Shown here: piece after piece, positions 38,009 to 43,921 of the stretch
Layout: each line of letters opens with the position of its first letter
Numbering within the stretch: position 1 is the stretch's first letter
Source: Paraphysomonas bandaiensis
Lineage: Eukaryota > Protista > Chrysophyceae
Direction: 5' to 3'
Assembly: GCA_965644295.1 (NCBI GenBank)
Contig: CBFFRP010000443.1
Coordinates: forward strand, 1-43,921
DNA length: 43,921 nt
Made by a program: the position numbers and the translations under genes
Notes under the pieces: generated by a model
Seen by the model: only the letters and a program-made list of their open reading frames with translations
Databases searched by the model: none
Told to the model about the DNA's origin: nothing

Positions 38009-41000
38009 CTACACTGCAAGAGCGCCATTTGTAGCAGTAATTGACTCTGTAATGGGACGCTGTATCCTCATGAGAGTTGTTTTCAGAGCGTTAACTTTTA
38101 ATAGGCTTTCTTTTTGCCGGGCTCTCAGCGCTGCACTTGCCACTAACTTGTCGCCAGAGAGACCCACAATACGAACACTAGCCCGAGAAGTTCTCACCTC
38201 ACTGTAGCATAAAGGTTACACAGGCAACATATTTCATCTAGTACATACTTGTAAAGCTTGCGCGCTCTGGTCCGTCGCTCCTCGTCGTTAATTGGGCACA
38301 CTATTATACAGCATGTTATATAAAAAGTATCACGACAATAGGCCGCACCTGGACCTTCATCTTTCTTTTCTTCAACGCTACCATCTTCTGGCGGGATTTT
38401 AGAAGCGGTGCCACATAAAGGCAAGGGGCGGAGTGAACTTATGATCCGGTGGGTAGCGAGAGACCGCCATGCGTTACTTTCGGCCTGCAAAGAGGATAGA
38501 ACGCGTAGCAAACTGTCAGGTGTTCCCTGTAGGCACTCTGAACTCTTTTCTCCAGACGCGGCAAGAGAAGTTACTACAGCAAGAGGATTTGGACTTCCTG
38601 CACTTCCACCTTTTCTCATTGTCCCTTTCTTTTCTTCTATTTGTGATTCCAGATCTGCCACCTGTTGCTCCATCATCTCCAGAGCCTCAGAAAGGACTTT
38701 ATTTTCTTCTTTCAATGAGGCTAGCTGCTTCTCACTCTCCGGTGATGAAGACTTGCTCACCACCTGCGCCTTTGCCTTGGAACTCTCAGTTAGGAGTTCC
38801 TCCAGCTCGCCGACGCGCCGTAGAAGAGCTCTTTGCTCAGCACGAAGAGCCGCTGCCTCAGATTCACTTTTGTCCTTGAGCCCCATCAACTCTGACACCT
38901 CATCCTGCAATCGCACAGAGGCTGCGAGGTTCTTACCAGCCCTCCTGCTCCGTTGAACCCACCCACAACCATTTTCTGACAGAGCTCCAGACCCTTCTTG
39001 AATATCGACCTCGCTCCAGTTCGAGTCAGGCAGTTGGCCAAGAGTCATCCAACAGAAGGCAGTGCGGGGATCTAAAATTGGCTGAAAAAGGCGTATACCA
39101 TGCCCGCCCATACTGTGGGAGAGAACCTCTCGGCTCCACGCTGCTACTTGAGGCAAAAGGTCCTTAAGTTCAAACCACTTTTCTTCGCGTAGCACTTGAG
39201 ACATGTCGTGAAAGAGCCCGTAGAGCCCATCCAGTTGACTGGAACTTAACACCAGAGATAGAATTTCTCGGCTCTGACGGGTACTTGATGCACCCATGAA
39301 ACTTCTGGTGACCCTAAATACTGGCTATAAGCAATTAAACTAAGCAATTATAAGAAACCAACTTGTGCAAATGAATGGAAAGCTCCTCGGCAGTATCGGC
39401 TTCTCCCTTCGCACGCATAACGTCTTCCGCAGAGTCGGGGTCATTACCAGCCTCCACTGCATCTCTAGTAGCTACCTCCACTCCCATCAGTGCTCTAACG
39501 TGGATCGCCCTCGCAATTCCAGCCATTGACAGTAGAAGAGACGACGAACCGAATGACACATGCCATTTGATATCGTCACCTATGCCACTCTGGGTCACAA
39601 AGCACTACTATGTTATAAGAGCAAACAGTAAAACATCGTAACTCACCAAGTCAGACCGGGCAGACAGAGTGGATCCCTCCTGCTCTTGCTTTCTGCACAC
39701 CAACACGTCTCTTAGTTGAATACATCGGTACTCCCCATTACAGAGCGCCAGCAGAGCAGTTTCACAACGTTCAAGAGCAGATGCAATGCCGACCACAGAC
39801 ATCTTGGTGGATCCTTGCCGACCTTTTAAGACTGATGAACACGCAATCTCAAGTTCCCTAAAGAGCCACACCAACGATTCCGTACTCTCCTGGCTGCTTA
39901 GGCCTCTAGCAAGGAGGCCAATGACGTGCCAACAAACTCCTACAGCCCGGGCTGCATTCACTGCACATTCAGAGGCAGCACAAAAGTCTTGTAGAGATCC
40001 CGATAGTGCTTGTTCGTCCCCATCTTGTCCATCTGCCCCGATTGGGACGCGGGCTTCTCCAGCCGAGGCCATGTAAGCAGACACCGCAGAGTATAGCGCC
40101 GATGAGACCGCAGCCTCTGCACTGAAAACCACTACCTCGTCAGCCACACCCTGACCCTCAATAGATCCTTCCATGTTGTCGTCCTCCAGTCTCCCAATAG
40201 TGGATGGAAGAGCAAGAAGAGAGCTTCTCGTTCCCTCGCTCCATCCCTTGACACCATCTAATAGTCGCGAGAGTAATGGATATACCAGAAGTAATAGTCG
40301 GGTCATTCGAGATTTTTCAAGCAGCTCCCTGCCTGTGGATAGAGTCAGAGCACTCTGAAGGGTAGCTACCTGCTCAGTAAGAGCGTACAGTCTTCGTCGC
40401 AGAGACTGTTCTCCTACATTCCGCCCAGAGACCTCTCGTAGCTCCTCGTGCCCTTCAGCAAGGCGTCCAACTAGCTCCTTGTTCTCCCTCCTCAGCTTTT
40501 CCACCATCCTGGTTCATCATGAGCATATCGCATAATAATATCCATTTACATACCCCGTGACTTTGTCCATCTTATTCTTCTGCTCATTTAACCGAGTAAC
40601 CAGTGCCTCTCGTTCCTTTTCACCCGCAGCCAGCTTGACATCCTTATTCTCTACCTCCGCACGAAGAGAGGATATTTCATGTCGCTGTGATACATCTAAC
40701 TCCTCCATAATCTCAGCCGCTGCCTCCAAGTCCTCTACAGTAGACTCCGCAGCGCTCAAACGTGTGTGTAGTTCCTGGTTCTTTGTAGATAAACTTTCTA
40801 CCATATCTGCATACCCACTGCTGTCGTCCACTTGCTGAGATAAATCTTTAATCTCTTCCATTGCCCTTTTCAACTCTTCTTGTAACCGATCTGCATCCTC
40901 CTTACTTCCCCTAAGCTGTTCCACTTCCGCAGATAGCACATCCAATTCAGCTTTATGTGTCTCTGCCTGGGTCTCCGCAGCCCTTTGATCTGCTAAATGC

Positions 41001-43425
41001 ACACCTTGTAGCCGTCTAAGGGCTTCTCTTAACCGGATATTTTGTTCTCGGTAGTCCTCCACATCCCCAGAGACATCTCCACTACTTGGGGCGTCACTCT
41101 GCAACACACATAAGCTCTATCACTAGAACACAGCACAACACACCTGCTGACTGCTGAGCTGTTGCTCCAACTCTCTGATCCTTTCCTGCGAGCGTAAAAC
41201 GAGAATAGAAATAAAATTAGAAGCGTGTATAATGTACACATCTACGGGTTACGTGCTCAGCAAGGTTACCTCGGCCGTCTCCAGGTCAATGCAACGTTGC
41301 TCACTGTCGAGGGTCACCATTTCCAAAGTGTCCATAAGTTCACTCATTTGTCCTTGTAGCTCAAGGATTCTCGCTTCAGCGGACTTGTCTTGCTGTTGCC
41401 CTTCCAACTCAGTACACTTCTTTTGCAGTGCCGCTACTTCCTCGTTGTATTTCTGCTCTAAAGTTGCCAACTCCACTTTGAAATGGCTTCGCTCCTTTTC
41501 CAAGTCAACGTTGTGCTTCTGCTCTAAAGCAGCCAACTGCTCTTTGAAATGGCTTCGTTCTTGGTCCAGGTCATCACCGTGCTTGTGTTCTAAGGCAGCC
41601 AACTGCTCTTTGAAATGCTTTCGCTCTTTCTCCAGCTCGTCACCATTTTGTCCTAAAGTGGCCAACTCCTCTTCGAAATGCTTTCGCTCCTTGTCGAGAT
41701 CATCTCCGTGTTTCTGTTCTAAAGCGGCTAGCTTCTCTTCAAACTGCTTCCGCTCTTTTTCCAGGTCGTCGATATGCTTCTGTTCTAAATTGGCCAACTC
41801 CTCTTCAAAATGCTTTCGCTCCTTGTCGAGATCGTCTCCACGCTTCTGTTCTAAAGCGGCTAGCTTCTCTTCAAACTGCTTCCGCTCTTTTTCCAGATCG
41901 TCGATATGCTTCTGTTCTAAGGCAGGCAACTCCACTTGGACATTATTACGCTCCTTTTCGAGGTCGTCGCCATGCTTCTGCTCTAGAGCGGCCAACTCCT
42001 CTTTGAATTGCTTTCGCTCTTTTTCCAGCTCGTCGCCATACTTCTGCTCTAAAGCAGTCAACTCCTCTTTGAAAAGTTTTCGCTCTTTTTCGAGATCATC
42101 ATCGTGCTTCTGCGCTAAAGCAGCCAACTCCTCTTTGTGCCTACCTATTTCTTCACTTTCATTATTATTGTCTAGTCGTTTTCGCAAGGCAGATATATCA
42201 TCTTCATATTTACGCTGCTGCGCCGCGATTTCATCGGCATTAGCCTGCCTTATCCTCGAAATCTCTTCTCTCAATTGTTGTTCCTGAGCAGCCATATCAT
42301 CACTGTGTCTTTGTCGTATCAGAGCAAGATCATCATCCGAGGTGTGAGATGAAGCAGGTTCCTCAAGACGACTTTCTTGGAGCGAAACTAATTCAGCCGC
42401 ATGTTGTTGCTGCTGTGCTGCCATTTCGTCCTGAAATTTTTGCTGCTGTTTGGACAACTCTGATGTAGTATTTTCTAATTGCGCTGACAACTCATCGTAC
42501 TTTTGCTTATGAATAGCCAGTTCCTTTTCATGGCTCTGCCGCTGAGAGGCAAGTTCTGCTTGCAGGGAGGAGTATTGGTCTTGCAGGGTTTGCATAGCAG
42601 CTTCAAGCTTCGCTCTGCACAGAAATTATACGCTCAATAGAGCTCATATCACTACACACCTATCGTCACCACTCTTGCTACCCTGCCGCTGAGAATCCAC
42701 AGAAGATGCGCCCTTACTCTTTCCCGACTCGACCTTATCCTCTGATAACTGTCGAGAAGCCACGGTCGGTGCAGATGATGCACTCTTCGTAGGAATTCCT
42801 GAGTCTCTCTTAGCTGCCTCTAACTTAGACTTGGTATCGCTTTTTGAAGATGCATAGTCACGATCGAGCTTCACTTGTGCCCGCTTAACAAAGAGACCAT
42901 GCTTGTCTGCACATTCAAAGTAACGTACACCTGCAACAGAGCCATCGTTCTTTCCCTCTGGTTCATGCAGCTCGATGCCTACCCACTCACCAGCAGCAAA
43001 CTACAAGCCAATATATAAATATATCATACAATATAGCACTAATCTAAAGTTGGATACATATACACGTATAATATATAAAACTACATACATATAATTAATA
43101 TGCCTATGCATATAACATACATAACACATGACTTATATATACATATACACACATATATATATACATAACTATAGAGAGACATACATACATATATATATAC
43201 ATACATATACAGGCATATACATACATACATATAACTATAGAGAGATATATATAACACACACAGATCCATCTGTCTGTCTGTCTGTCTGTCTGTCTGTGTA
43301 TGTATGTATGTATGTGTAACTCTCACCTGAGTCTCTCCAATAAACCGAACCACACCCTTCTTACCAGACCCCACCCCTGTAACGACATGAGACCCTATGT
43401 CCACTAGCTGCTTGCTAGAGCTCAT
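38009..43425 (-). CDS. DCTN1: CAP-Gly coiled-coil protein, dynactin p150Glued-like, ~1561 aa, 10 exons
   Basis: [10 protein letters not shown]|[33 protein letters not shown] (CAP-Gly); [45 protein letters not shown] (p150 CC1-like motifs). Introns at 43326-43001, 42659-42615, 41269-41186, 41143-41099, 40553-40509, 39646-39605, 39362-39314, 38348-38301 and 38248-38202 give 4686 nt in frame; some downstream junctions have alternatives. Confidence 0.85.
41440..42140 (-). repeat. Coding tandem repeat, 66 bp / 22 aa ([22 protein letters not shown]), ~10.5 copies
   Basis: Visible in the 448-aa ORF; one unit is 21 aa; units 4-5 and 6-7 form a near-identical 44-aa duplication. Confidence 0.95.
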
Positions 43426-43519
43426 GATTAATATAGGCGATGGATACTATAAGAGAGAGAAGCTGCTAGAATATAGAGATACACATACATATACACACAC
43501 AGATATATGAGTTTAAATA

Positions 43520-43921
43520 TACATACATACATACATACATACATACATACATACATACATACATACATACATACATACATACATACATACATACATACAT
43601 ACATACATACATACATACATACATACATACATACATACATACATACATACATACATACATACATACATACATACATACATACATACATACATACATACAT
43701 ACATACATACATACATACATACATACATACATACATACATACATACATACATACATACATACATACATACATACATACAGACATACATACATACCTACAT
43801 ACATACATACATACATACATACATACATACATACATACATACATACATACATACATACATACATACATACATACATACATACATACATACATACATACAT
43901 ACATACATACATACATACATG
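43520..43921 (+). repeat. (TACA)n microsatellite, at least 400 bp, running off the window end, ~95 bp upstream of the dynactin-like start codon
   Basis: Seen directly. Confidence 0.97.

Noticed and set aside
41232-42287. 351-aa plus-strand ORF
   Set aside because: Antisense shadow of the E/K/L-rich coding repeat in the dynactin-like gene.
2642-43425. Functional cluster of dynein, dynactin, ATG5 and VPS28
   Set aside because: The dynein is axonemal and not a dynactin partner, the genes are separated by TE islands, and nothing supports co-regulation.
43520-43921. Terminal (TACA)n as a telomere
   Set aside because: The same repeat occurs internally in both orientations and lacks the G-run typical of telomeric repeats.

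Overview
Eukaryotic, intron-containing, standard-genetic-code DNA from a flagellated protist; the protein content suggests a stramenopile, possibly a chrysophyte, but that is inference. Eight protein genes can be spliced by hand into intact frames: a bacterial-type bestrophin (+), a ~4112-aa axonemal inner-arm dynein heavy chain (DNAH6-like, +), ATG5 (-), VPS28 (+), a PLAC8-family Cys-rich protein (+), an uncharacterised ~854-aa membrane protein with a winged-helix-like N-terminus and CorA-like topology (-), an MESD/Boca-like ER chaperone (+) and a CAP-Gly p150Glued/dynactin-1-like protein with a 22-aa repeat insert (-). Intergenic DNA holds decayed Ty3/gypsy fragments, a 1.6-kb pogo/Tigger-like element inserted in a (TATG)n array, hAT-type and TTAA-flanked MITEs, a tandem array of Helitron-like 3' ends, and a 139-bp-stem hairpin whose mismatches favour G-U pairs on the minus strand. 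Every intron over 100 bp and every long (TATG)n array lies near a gene 5' end, whereas most other introns are 42-59 bp. No prokaryotic features or CRISPR arrays were found. All alignments were done by eye and no database searches were run.
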